From Octopus vulgaris (Eukaryota), in contig OX597815.1 of NCBI GenBank assembly GCA_951406725.2, positions 20,894,001 through 20,958,000 on the forward strand: 64,000 nucleotides of DNA, given 5' to 3'. A model generated the notes under the pieces. That model had not been told where the DNA came from and made no database searches. It saw only the letters and a list, made by a program, of their open reading frames with translations. Shown piece after piece: positions 52,401-64,000 of this stretch. The position numbers and the translations under genes were made by a program. Position 1 is the stretch's first letter, and each line of letters opens with the position of its first letter.

Positions 52401-53731
52401 ACATGTGTATGTGTGTGTAGGATTAAGAGGAATGTTTGCAAATAATATAAAGGAAAATGAATAATTTTATGATATATGGATAGAATATAAATCGCAAATC
52501 GGACTTCTCATTTTTAGTCCAAATAAATTACAATTAAATTGATTCCACGTATATTGAGTAATGTAAAGTGCATATAATTTATTTAGCATATAATCTGTCA
52601 TACAGAATCTTAGAATTTTATATTGCGAAATGGTTAGATACAATTTTATATCGCTTCATTAGTAAGACTTCACTATAAAATGTCAACAATTAAATTTACT
52701 ATTCATTTGTACTGAGTTTATTAAATAACGATATAACATAATTGTTTCAAATTAGTGAATTCAATATAATCAATGAAATATAAATAAATGCATTGAAAAA
52801 CTTATGAAAGTTAATTATAAGAAAAATAATTTCTACTTTAAACCCTGGAATATAGAAATTTTAATTTCTTTGACATCGTTTTCAAGTATTTTTATATTTT
52901 TATACTTTTATGATAGAAAATCCATTTAAGACTTTATACTTATATAAGGACATGAAATTTTAAATATCTATTATTTGATTAATTCAGTCATTTATTTAAT
53001 TATTCTAATATTGCTTTATAAAATAAAACATAAAGAGGAGAATGCATTATAAGATATTTATACACGTCTCTGATACCTATGAGAAAAGTTTCGTTAGCAA
53101 TGGCAGAATGGCTGAATCATTGCTTTGTTCGCTTAGTGAAACATTTCGATCAATATGAGATCATTTTTTAATCTAAAATAACGAGCACGTGATTCTTAGT
53201 GAATGAAATTGTTTGGTTGGCGCATGATGAAGTGTGTTTACATAGATATTTGGATTCGTGCGTTTGATATGTGGTGGTTTTTCTATTTGAGCATAACTAG
53301 GTGGAGTGGATATTGATTTAATTTTGTCCATTGGTTGTTTTATGTGCCTAAGTGTTGAGCTGTGTTGAATTTGCGCGCCTAATTTGCTAATGGGATTTTG
53401 CTACACACCGCAAGGGAAAAATTCAAAAAACTTAGAATAAAGGATTTGAAATCTTGCAACGAAGCTTACAAAATATTTTTACTTGAAAACCAAATAGAAA
53501 TTATTCTTCAGCAATAGATTATTAAACTAAATTACTCAATCGCCCCCGTTAATCATTATTCTAACGTCAAACATTTGAATCAAACAAGTCAACTCAGAAT
53601 CTGAAACTCATACGTTGCCGTTAATCCCAATTTTTTCTCCGCTACGTTAAATCTGAACATCTAACACTCGGTTTCATTTCTTAAGAATTTTTTAAATATA
53701 TATTTCTATATATTTTTATAGTCGGGAATAA

Positions 53732-53952
53732 TTACTCTTTACTCTTTTATTTGTTTCAGTCATTTGACTGCGGCCATGCTGGAGCACCGCCTTTACTCGA
53801 GCAACTCGACCCCGGGACTTATTCTTTTGTAAGCCCAGTACTTATTCTATCGGTCTATTTTGCCGAACCGCTAAGTAACGGGGACATAAACACACCAGCA
53901 TCGGTTGTCAAGCAATGCTAGGGGGACAAACACAGACACACAAACACACACA

Positions 53953-53995
<43 letters not shown>

Positions 53996-54153
53996 GACGG
54001 GCTTCTTTCAGTTTCCGTCTACCAAATCCACTCACAAGGCTTTGGTCGGCCCGAGGCTATAGTAGAAAACACTTGCCCAAGGTGCCACGCAGTGGGACTG
54101 GACCCGGAACCATGTGGTTGGTTAGCAAGCTACTTACCACACAGCCACTCCTA
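53732..54153 (-). mobile_element. SINE family A, near full length
   Basis: Reverse complement of 25342-25759. Confidence 0.93.
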
Positions 54154-54544
54154 TATATTATAGACATATATTATGTCTATATATTCTAATTATTGTTTAA
54201 AATATTCAAGAAATATCATGAATATTGATTTCTAATATTGGCGCGAGGGCACAAATATTTGAGGAAGGTATAATCGATTGTATAGATCAATAATTGACTG
54301 GTATAGTATTTTACCAATAATTAAGTCGAATGACCTTGATGGTGTTTGAAATCAGAGAATAAAGAGCTGTGACAAAATTCAACAAGCAGTTCACTCCAAC
54401 AAATTTAACGATTTCTACCTCTCCATCGCCACTTTTATGAGTATTAGAACAAGATAGACTGAGCTGAGAAATACTGTAATAGTATTAAGATAGGTAAAGA
54501 CACAAGCACCTGTAAGTATGTATGAACACATACATATGGGTGTA

Positions 54545-54589
<45 letters not shown>

Positions 54590-54683
54590 ATGCATGCATG
54601 TATGTATTTATGTATGTAGGCAGGTACGTATGTATGTATATAGGTATGTAACGCACACGCATAGACACACACTCAACACTCAC

Positions 54684-54834
<151 letters not shown>

Positions 54835-54943
54835 TAGACATTTTCCGCAGAATGTCAGAAGTAAAAGAAAAGCACTCTTTATAGTTAATGGAGCTGAATG
54901 TTGTTATTAATATAATCTACCGGCTCAGTTACGGGCACCTTAT

Positions 54944-55091
54944 GTTTCGAAATCCATATTTGTAGACAATTATTTAGTGTCTACGTTTCTTATGGAGATC
55001 TCATTATCACCAAATGAAATGTTATTGGGGGTCTGATCTATTAGAAATGTAGGCATTAAATATAATTGTCTACAAATATGGATTTTAAAAC
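54944..55091. repeat. ~148-bp foldback hairpin
   Basis: aaatccatatttgtagacaattat / ataattgtctacaaatatggattt are perfect 24-bp arms, extended inward by gtgtctacgtttct / agaaatgtaggcat. Confidence 0.9.
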
Positions 55092-55109
55092 CTAACTGGG
55101 CTGGTAGAC

Positions 55110-55268
<159 letters not shown>

Positions 55269-55269
55269 A

Positions 55270-58200
55270 CTGAAGGGAAGGAAACCTGCACTGAATAACA
55301 ACATGGATGTACTAAACCGGGCTCTCCATTCAAAAACAAATCTAATCCAATAACATCAAGGGAATTAGATAAAGGAACCTGAGGAAAACTTGAAGGAAGC
55401 GACCTTTTAACGAAGACACTAAGAAAAGAACGAAATTTTACTGCCATGCAAAGTGCAGTTTCTCCTATGCACGGTGTCTCAGTGAAACATGTGCGAAACA
55501 CACGCGCGATATCAACACCGGGAAGTTTACATAGAATAAAACAGAAACGGACCAAAATTAAAAAAATAGTGAGTACATAAATTGAGTAATTACGCATACA
55601 TTCGAATGTCTACACAATCATATATACATTTTGATACCCATAGAACTACACATACATCCCAAAGTTGTACACACTAAGTGAAATTTACAGGACACACACT
55701 CACGCACATGAAAACACGTTTCACAAACCAAGCAAAAGCAAAATCAAAACTTTCTTTGTTTTTTCTTATTTTATTCTCATATTTTAGAACTACCACAGAC
55801 AGAGTGAACCTTTCATAAGGGTAAAAAGCACCACTAAAAAAAAAAATATGTCCGGAGGTAAATCTACCAACAAAAAAAAATACAGACGAATATAGATCTG
55901 CTAGCCTTAAGAAATTACGCTACGAGCGATGTTTACATTCAGAGGCGGTGTCGTCGCAAAAACTTAACCCTAAACTGACAGATCCGACTCCTAATGTAAG
56001 AGCCGAAGCTCGTCATGCCTCAATGTCAACAAAACAAATTACAAACCGCAATGGTCATCGAGCGGTTTACAAAAGACCACAAACCCGAACATTGAACCAA
56101 ATTCTGATTGAAAAATCAGCCACTAGTTCAAATCTTCCCGACACACAGGAGCTGGATACAAGCGGAATATTCCAACAGGTGGCCATCCATGCCCGTCATC
56201 AAATAACCAAAAGAAAAAGAATGAAAAATGGTCCAGGGAAGATAATAAGGAAGTTCTTACGGCCTTCTACCATGCCATATATTTCCCCACAGATAAATCT
56301 AACACTGTACAAACCTACATAAACTGGAGACAGAAACACCCTGAAGTAAAACCCTACATAGACAGTAACAAACTTGCCAACGTCAGAAGAAACATTATAA
56401 AAAAAAAATTACTGACTGAAGTAGAGATTGACCAAATCAAACAAGCAGTAACGGATAAAAACAACGAAGCCGCAGCTAAAGAAGATAATACAGAGGAAAT
56501 AATTATAGACCAGCCCAGGGTTGATAAAAACACAGTAAGGATTGAAAGAGTTAATATAACTGATAGGCAAAGTGAAATACCCACTGAACCAATCATAAAC
56601 ACTAAGACAAATGAACATCAAATTGATGAAGAAAGTCACACAAATATTGACCCAACTGAACTACATGAACTAAAGAATCAAATCATGATTGAATGGCTGA
56701 AAATTAAAGAAACCAGTATGGATGAACGCGATACACTCCCTAAAATCCGCAACTCTAACCAAAACTTGAAAATAATCGGTAAAATCCGCCTTGCACTTAA
56801 GGATATAATTTCAGCTAATGATGTTAATATCACAGATCTCAACCACCTGTACTATGAATCCGCGAAAATCTCAACGATTCTATGTGGTGAAAAGATTAGA
56901 AAATGGCAACATTCCCACAAAAAGTCTTCTTGGCAAGAGCGTATCCAACATCAAATTAAACAATTTAGGTCTGACATTGAATGTTTGAAAAACCTTAAGG
57001 TTGACAAGACTACCAAACTTACAAAAACCCAAAAATTAAAGAAAAAAAGTAATATGAAAACTATACTTGATATTGATGCCACCATAGAAAACATCAAGCA
57101 AAAGGTATCTGCTAAAGCTGCCCGCATAGCGAGGTATGAAAAGCGTGTTAGATTCTTCAAGGACAACAACATGTTAAAAAATAACCCCAAAAATTTTTAC
57201 AGGAAGATAGGAAAAACACCAGTTACTGTAAAGTCTGTACCAACAAAAGAAGAAGTGCACGGTTCTTGGAATAAAATTTAGGCAGAAGAAAAAACTCACA
57301 ACGAAAAGGCCCCTTGGATTGATAGAATAGCTACGGACTTGTACTCCTTAGAGGAGCAAAAGTGGGAGGGTGTCAAGGTAGAAGATGTAAGATCTGCTCT
57401 CAGGAGGTCAAGCAAATGGAAGTCTCCAGGAAAGGATAAAATTCCTAACTTCTGGTTGAATGCCTTCCCAGAGAGCCATGAACTGCTATCAGAACTTTAC
57501 AAGGATGTTTTGCAACACCCTAGTAGAATGCTTGCTTGGCTAGTTAATGGTTTAACATTCTTGCTCCAAAAAAGTGAAGAAACAAATGAACCAAAAAACT
57601 ATAGACCCATAACCTGCTTAACAACTATGCATAAAACGCTAACATCTGTCCTGACGGAATATACCTATAGTTTTTTAATAGACAGCAGCAAATTCCCTAA
57701 TGAACAGAAAGGATGTAAACGTGGATCCTATGGTTGTAAAGATCAGCTACTCATCAATAAGATGATCTTAGAAGATTGTCACAAACGACACAAAAACTAA
57801 TCAATAGCCTGGATAGACTATAAAAAGGATTTTGATAGCCTACCACGAAAACTGTTGACAATGCATAGAATGCACCACCCTAAGGCAGATATAGAACGAC
57901 TTTATCTGCAAATACCCAAAGAGAGTGAATAATGCAGATGTTGACAAAGCCCTGACCCATCAATGGCTAATGGCCTCTGGCTTAAAATCTGAAACAGAAG
58001 GGTTTATCATAGCAGCTCAAGATCAATGCCTACCTACAGGGCCAAGATCAATGCCTACCTACCAGGCCAACATATTAAAGAACGGCAGTAGCCCAACATG
58101 TCGTGTATGTCAACAACAAAACGAAACCATTGATGTTGTCTCCAAGTGCAGTCTTCTTGCGCCTACAGAGTATCTCAACAAGCATGATAGAGCTGCACAA

Positions 58201-58360
58201 TATATTCACTGGGTAATTTGCAAAAGCCTGGACTTGCCCCATGATAAAAACTGGTGGGAACACAAACTACCTCCAGTGCTTGAAAATGACCACATCTCAC
58301 TCCTCTGGAACTTCACCATTCAAACTGACAGAAAAATAGACGTGAATAGGCCAGACATCA
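55270..58360 (+). mobile_element. R4/Dong-type RLE non-LTR retrotransposon with 5' region retained, internal RT deletions and a truncated 3' end
   Basis: N-terminal RMK-WSREDNKEV...KLANVRRNII..LLTEVEI, WKSPGKDKIPNFWL, PKNYRPITCL, EQKGC..GCKDQLLINK, WIDYKKDFDSLP, LKSETEGFIIAAQDQ, CRVC..ETID, LWNFTIQTD..NRPDI; 5' boundary is approximate. Confidence 0.92.
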
Positions 58361-59611
58361 TGGATAAATGGCTGCTATAAGATTAGAGCAATTAACACGT
58401 GGGCTGTTGCGTTGATGAGATATGGGACAGGAATAGTATCTTGGAAGAAGTATCTTACAAGGAATAGTATCTTACAAGAGATAGACCGGAGAACACGTAA
58501 GTTAATGACAATGAACTACACCCCAAGAGTGATGTGTCAAGACCATGTAAAGAGGGACAGAGGACTGGGATCAGTGTGTTGTGAAGGTTGTGTAAGGGAA
58601 GAGGAGAATAGCCTAGCTTGGATTGTCAAGGGGGTAAAGAAGACATGATTGAAGTAGTGAAAATGCAGAGAACCTTTAAAATGAACAAAGCCGTAGATCT
58701 AATACAATTTAAGAAAGGCCAGAGAGAGCAGATGAAGAAAATTTGGCAGGACAAGAAAATGCACAGTCAGTTCTTGAAGAATAAAGATGAGATTTATTGG
58801 AATAGAACCTCGCAATGGCTACAGAAAGGAGACTTAAAAGGGCCCTCTGAGGCAATAGTGTGCTGCGGTCAAGAACAAGCTCTCAAACCTAACTACTCCA
58901 AACATCACATTGATAAAAGCACTGACTCGCCACAGTCTATGATGTGCCCTGAGATGGGAGAAAGTATAGACCATATTGTTAATGAGTGCTATAACCTCAC
59001 ACAACGCGAATATAAAAGGAGACACGACAATGTGGCCAGATATGTCCACCGGCTGTTGTGCGGAAAAGCAAAACTCGAGAGAATTGAAAAATGGTTGAAC
59101 ACAAGCCAGAGAGAGAGAATAATGGAAAACGAACATTACAAAATACTCTGTGATTTTAACATTGAGTGCGACCAAGTCATAGAGGCGAGAAGACCAGGTA
59201 TCGTGCTCATCCATAAAGATGAAAAAGAAGTAAATAGATGTTGCAATACCAGGCGATTCGAAGGTGAAATGTGAGGAGACAGAAAAGATTGAGAAATACC
59301 AGCCACTGCGGGACGAGATAGGAAAGTTATGGGGCATAAAGAAAGTAACGGTGATACCGGTGGTAATTGGAGCATTAGGAGGAGTTTCCAAGGACTTTGA
59401 AAAATATATTAAGAATATTGGAGTTGCTGTCAGGCTCGAGGTGATCTAGAAGACGGCATTGTTGAGTGCAGCTCACATTCTAATGAGAATATTATTTCTT
59501 TGATTCACAGGAGTCACTACTTGAAACCTGAGCTGATTTGTTGTTGCCTGCTTTCTAGTAAAGAATAACTTGTAATTAAGAATTATCAGAGAGGCGTTCA
59601 TAATAAAAATC
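58361..59611 (+). mobile_element. Second R4-type element (RT thumb to 3' end) joined to the first
   Basis: RAINTWAVALMRYG, WLQKGDLK..SEA...QEQAL, EYKRRHDNVA, RRPGIV, EKIEKYQPL, VIPVVIGALG; followed by (GAT)(AAT)n. Confidence 0.9.
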
Positions 59612-59886
<275 letters not shown>

Positions 59887-59889
59887 CAT

Positions 59890-60695
59890 ACTCAATATAT
59901 GAAAACTCACAGCTTCACACTTGCACCAATCTTTTTCAGCCATGCTGGTAGCTGGGTGCTGATACTTCCAAGTGTACAAATTACTATTTGTATCACGTCT
60001 CTTCATTGACCACAACCTTCGTATTTCCCTCTTTAAATCGACGTAGTTGTTTTCTTCTTTCACATTGATCCTGTCGCCAACGGGGCATGCTATGTCAATA
60101 ATCATACATGTTCTTTCTTTTTTATTCACCACAACAATGTCAGGTTTCTGATGTCTGGCAGGCTGATCGTACTGGATCATTGCATCCCACAGGATTTTGC
60201 AATTCTCATTTTCGGTGACTCCTTCTGGAGTTTGCTCTTTGCAGTCCGTGATTTCCACAGAGCTCTCAATCGATCATCCTTGCCACATTGTCATGACGTC
60301 TTTTGTACTTTTGTATTCGCGTTGTGCCAATTTCGGGCTTTTGCTAGCGATGTGCCATACCGTCTCACCCCTCTCACCACACATTCTGCATTTGTCATTA
60401 TCGGTAGTGTTGTCTATTCTGCACTTCATATAGTTGATCCTTAACGCTTGTTCCTGAGATTGTTCCTGCGCATATGAATGTTCTGTCTCTATTTTCAGGT
60501 CGCTCCTCCTCATCGATAGCCACCATCCCTCTGTATCTGTCTTTGTGTTCACATCTCTTGCAAACTGACTGCACATTTTCTTTTCCTTCCACGATTTTAC
60601 TTCCTTTTTTTGTTCATTTCTTGTTTAAATCTTTCTTTAGTTACACAATTTTCAGCGTTGATGACGCCGGCCTTCTTCGTCTGTTTCAACATATT
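59890..60695 (-). mobile_element. Third R4-type 3' fragment, opposite orientation
   Basis: DLKIETE..QEQAL..CRMCGERGETVWHI..LAQREYK, ILWDAMIQ...KPDIVV..CMIIDIACP. Confidence 0.9.
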
Positions 60696-60846
60696 CATTA
60701 AGAAAATAGGGATTTAGGAAATCCAGGTGAATACCTCGGTCAGGATTCTGTGAATCCAGGCGAAAAGAACATATATATGAAGGAAAATTAGAATCGGTAT
60801 GCAGATAATTCATAAAAGACGTTTCATTCCAACTGTAAATCGAAGG

Positions 60847-60946
<100 letters not shown>

Positions 60947-63018
60947 GTGTGTGTACGAGAGTATATATATATATAATTCAGGAGATGCACGCGGGATAGC
61001 GAGAATCCAAACAATAGCATATCTATTCATTCTCAATATTCCAATGTAAATATCTAATCTATGTTGCTTTTCTTCATCGGAGAACACCTACTCCCTTTAG
61101 ATGATGGGTGTTCACAAAACACGTGATTCACCCAGTCAGCGGTGTAAGGGAACTTCGAAAGAACCCGCGGTATTTTGACTTTGTTATGTGTCTTCTCAGT
61201 AAAGCTACCCACCCGTCGGATGAATCTAACAAGAGCACAAGCCCTCACAAGAATCAGCAAACATTGTACTAATGAATGAGATCAATATTTTGTTTGTATT
61301 TCTTTCAACATACTTTTGATAACAAAACCTCAGGTACTCTAGATCTACCATGGTCAAGAAAAAGACCATTGTCGCTTGAGCTGAAAGAATCGGCAGTCAA
61401 AACTCACTCATTTCATTCAACCAACTGTTTTTAAAAAAATGGAAACGAAAGGGCCTTAGCGAGAGTATAGATTAAGTCATACTATGCTTTAAAAAAGAAA
61501 ATATGAAATGGTTATGGCTTGAATATCTCTGCTAAGACAGAGTTGATTCGTTGATTAAACAACAAAGACAATACTTAATTAAATAGAATGGGCCAATACT
61601 TAATTAAATATAAATGGGGTTCTTTTCTCATACAAACAGCCAGGTGATATTTTTCCAGCAGTTCTGTCGTAGCTTTCCATGTGACTTTAGAAAGTATTGA
61701 TGTTGTTGGTGTTGATGCTGTTGTTGCTGCTGTTGCTGTTTAAGCCAAACCAGCTCTGATAACGAACCCTGCGATCAGAAGCATTCTAACTATGATAATT
61801 TCATCTTTCTTTTCTTTCTTCTTTCTTCGAAGGATGTTCAAATACAATGTATTGTTTACTATATCATCCTTTTTCCAAAGGTAGGATACAGCTTGAGGGA
61901 AATTTGACAACTATTTCCAGCAGGTCCTGTCAGTCATATAATACAGGCTCCCTCGCTGGGACATTAATATGTTGTTTTTGTTGTTCAATTGGTGTTCTCT
62001 CCAGCTATTAACTAGATTAACGCTTGAGTAGCCTCGTCGCTTACTTTCCTATGATTGCTCAAATTTTCCAGTCATTTCTTCTTTTGACTTCCTGTGTCTC
62101 TGTCCATATTATCAAACTCTTTCCTCCACCCTCCAGATTTTTTCTTTTTTTTTAGAGAAACATATTTATCGTCTCATTTTTATTACTAGTTTCTTGGTTT
62201 GTACTTCGCATTTACCAATATCTCGATAGAATCTTTTTGGTATTTTTGCTATTTGCTTCCCCCATATTCATTGATTTCTTGCTCTAATGTCCTTTCACGG
62301 TTTGGATTCATTATTCTCTGTCTTCGTTCTCCGTGTATTACTATAAAACTTTTCGACTTCGATGGATTTTTAGAGACTCTCTTTTCTTAGATTTCTATAT
62401 ATTCGATTTCCAGACAGAATTTGTTTTTCAAACTTTACTCCACTTCATACATAAAGATAAGACAGTACTAAAAGCAATAATGGTTATACGTCAGAAATGC
62501 TATTCGAAACCTATTTTCTGGACGAAAATTCTTGCGGGTGAAATTAAATATTAGGAGTTGCGTTGTTGTTTTGTGTATTTTTTTTTTTTTTTGCATTTGG
62601 CTTATGTTATCTTTCTTATATCCTTGGGTTCTTTTCACTTTTACCAGTATCATTGGTTTTCCATATATCTTTCAATAATCATATATTGCAATATACAATC
62701 TGAGAAATTTTTTTTTTTTATGCACATAACATATACGTGTATATACATACACACACACTCGCGCGCACACATACATATATCTATATAAACATGTACGTAT
62801 ATATATATATACATATATACATATATATATATGTGTGTGTGTGTGTGTGTATGTGTGTGTGTGTAGTGTCCCAGCATGGCTGCAGTCAAATGCATGAAGC
62901 AAGTAAAAGAGTAAAAGATTGTATATATATATATATATATAATATGAGGGAATATTATTCCAAACTTACAGGGAAAAATTCAATTTAGAAATACTAAATC
63001 AAATTTCACAAAATATAA

Positions 63019-63246
63019 TATATATAAATTAGAAAAAAAACCTCCTTTTATCAATTCAATAATGAAAGATTAAATATATACTAAATATATACGTTTTAAA
63101 TATTATTTTGCACATTACTTAATCATTGTTATATGTTTTATCTTATATTTAATCTTTCTATAATATATAACTTTTCTAAATGGTATAAATTTATTTTTCA
63201 TTATTGAATTGATAAAAGGTGGGGTTTTTTTCTAATTTATATATAT
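63019..63246. repeat. Inverted repeat with ~50-bp arms and a nested inner hairpin
   Basis: ataaattagaaaaaaaacctccttttatcaattcaataatgaaa / tttcattattgaattgataaaaggtggggtttttttctaatttat. Confidence 0.85.
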
Positions 63247-63385
63247 ATATGAACGGTATTGGTATCCAGAAGACCCAAGGTGGCAGATAACGCTATTGTA
63301 AGTGCTATGGAAGGACCGTAGTTAAACTCTTGCTTCGGCAATGATACGAGTGAGGAGTCTAATGCGGGTCTTCTATGAGTACGTA

Positions 63386-63656
63386 TATGTTAAATAAAAT
63401 GAGACAACAAAGTCAAGGCTTTGAGGAATTTTCAGGACGTTTATAAAGAGAAAATTAGTCTTACAGCGGTTTCTGAGATATTAGGGATATCCCTTCATCA
63501 GAGACGATGTGAGATAGTTAAATAGAAGGAAACAGGAGAATGGAAGTAGAAATAAAAATGTATAAAGATGTTATATTTGCTGTAAGACTAACTTTCTTTT
63601 TATAAATGTCCTGAAAATTTCCTTGGCTTTATTGCCTCATTTTATATAACAGATAT
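63386..63656. repeat. Head-to-head inverted pair of PLE pLTR-like repeats
   Basis: 63386-63467 is the diverged reverse complement of 63579-63656. Confidence 0.85.
63458..63505 (-). ncRNA. Type-I hammerhead ribozyme
   Basis: GUCU-CUGAUGA-a-GGGAUAU(cccua)AUAUCUC-a-GAAA-CCGCUG-UA^AGAC; stem I GUCU/AGAC; stem III one change from palindrome ACAGCUGU. Confidence 0.82.
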
Positions 63657-63671
63657 ATATATATATATAAC

Positions 63672-63711
<40 letters not shown>

Positions 63712-63715
63712 ACAG

Positions 63716-63900
63716 CATGGACTCTCCCGGCGTAGACGACGTATGAGTATTCACCAATTTCTTGCTGAACAACCACACAAATGATTTGTTTATAGTGATC
63801 AAATGTTTGTGTAAACATAAGCTCACTCCATCCATCAAATAGACATTACCTGAACAGGTGCACCGTGTGCCACATGTCAGGTGACTAAATGATCGCACAA
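63716..63900 (-). mobile_element. SINE family D, 3' part
   Basis: Shares tgtttatagt.atcaaatgtt and ctgaacaggtgcac with 31271-31450. Confidence 0.8.
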
Positions 63901-64000
63901 CTCTACAGTAATTCTCAGTCAAATCAAGATAATTCCTGAGAACAACATTTTTATTTGGTTTGACTTCAGTGCAATATATAAATGCTTTCGAAAGACAATT

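Noticed and set aside
53156-53178. TGAGATCATTTT, resembling bantam miRNA
   Set aside because: The 3' half does not match and no precursor hairpin is present

Overview
AT-rich, microsatellite-dense animal genomic DNA with no recognisable intact host protein-coding gene. Most ORF-track entries are translations of simple repeats. The SINE families and repeat landscape look like octopus (coleoid cephalopod) intronic or intergenic DNA; this is inference from recalled repeat families, not a search. Recognisable content: several tRNA-derived SINE families, five decayed R4/Dong-type RLE non-LTR retrotransposon pieces next to (AAT)n tracts, CR1/L2-like and RTE LINE fragments, a near-complete mariner, a maT-like transposase fragment, two copies of a pogo/Tigger-like MITE, a non-autonomous Helitron and a Penelope-like (PLE) GIY-YIG remnant missed by the ORF track. 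The most notable signal is eight readable type-I hammerhead ribozyme motifs plus several decayed ones. They come from about five unrelated short repeat families embedded in (TA)n, have palindromic (dimer-type) stem III, and some have unusually long stem II hairpins or sit in head-to-head inverted pairs. A second notable signal is an apparent GT-AG intron in the 5' region of an R4/Dong element that would join a C2H2-like zinc-finger exon to the main ORF. All alignments and folds were done by eye.
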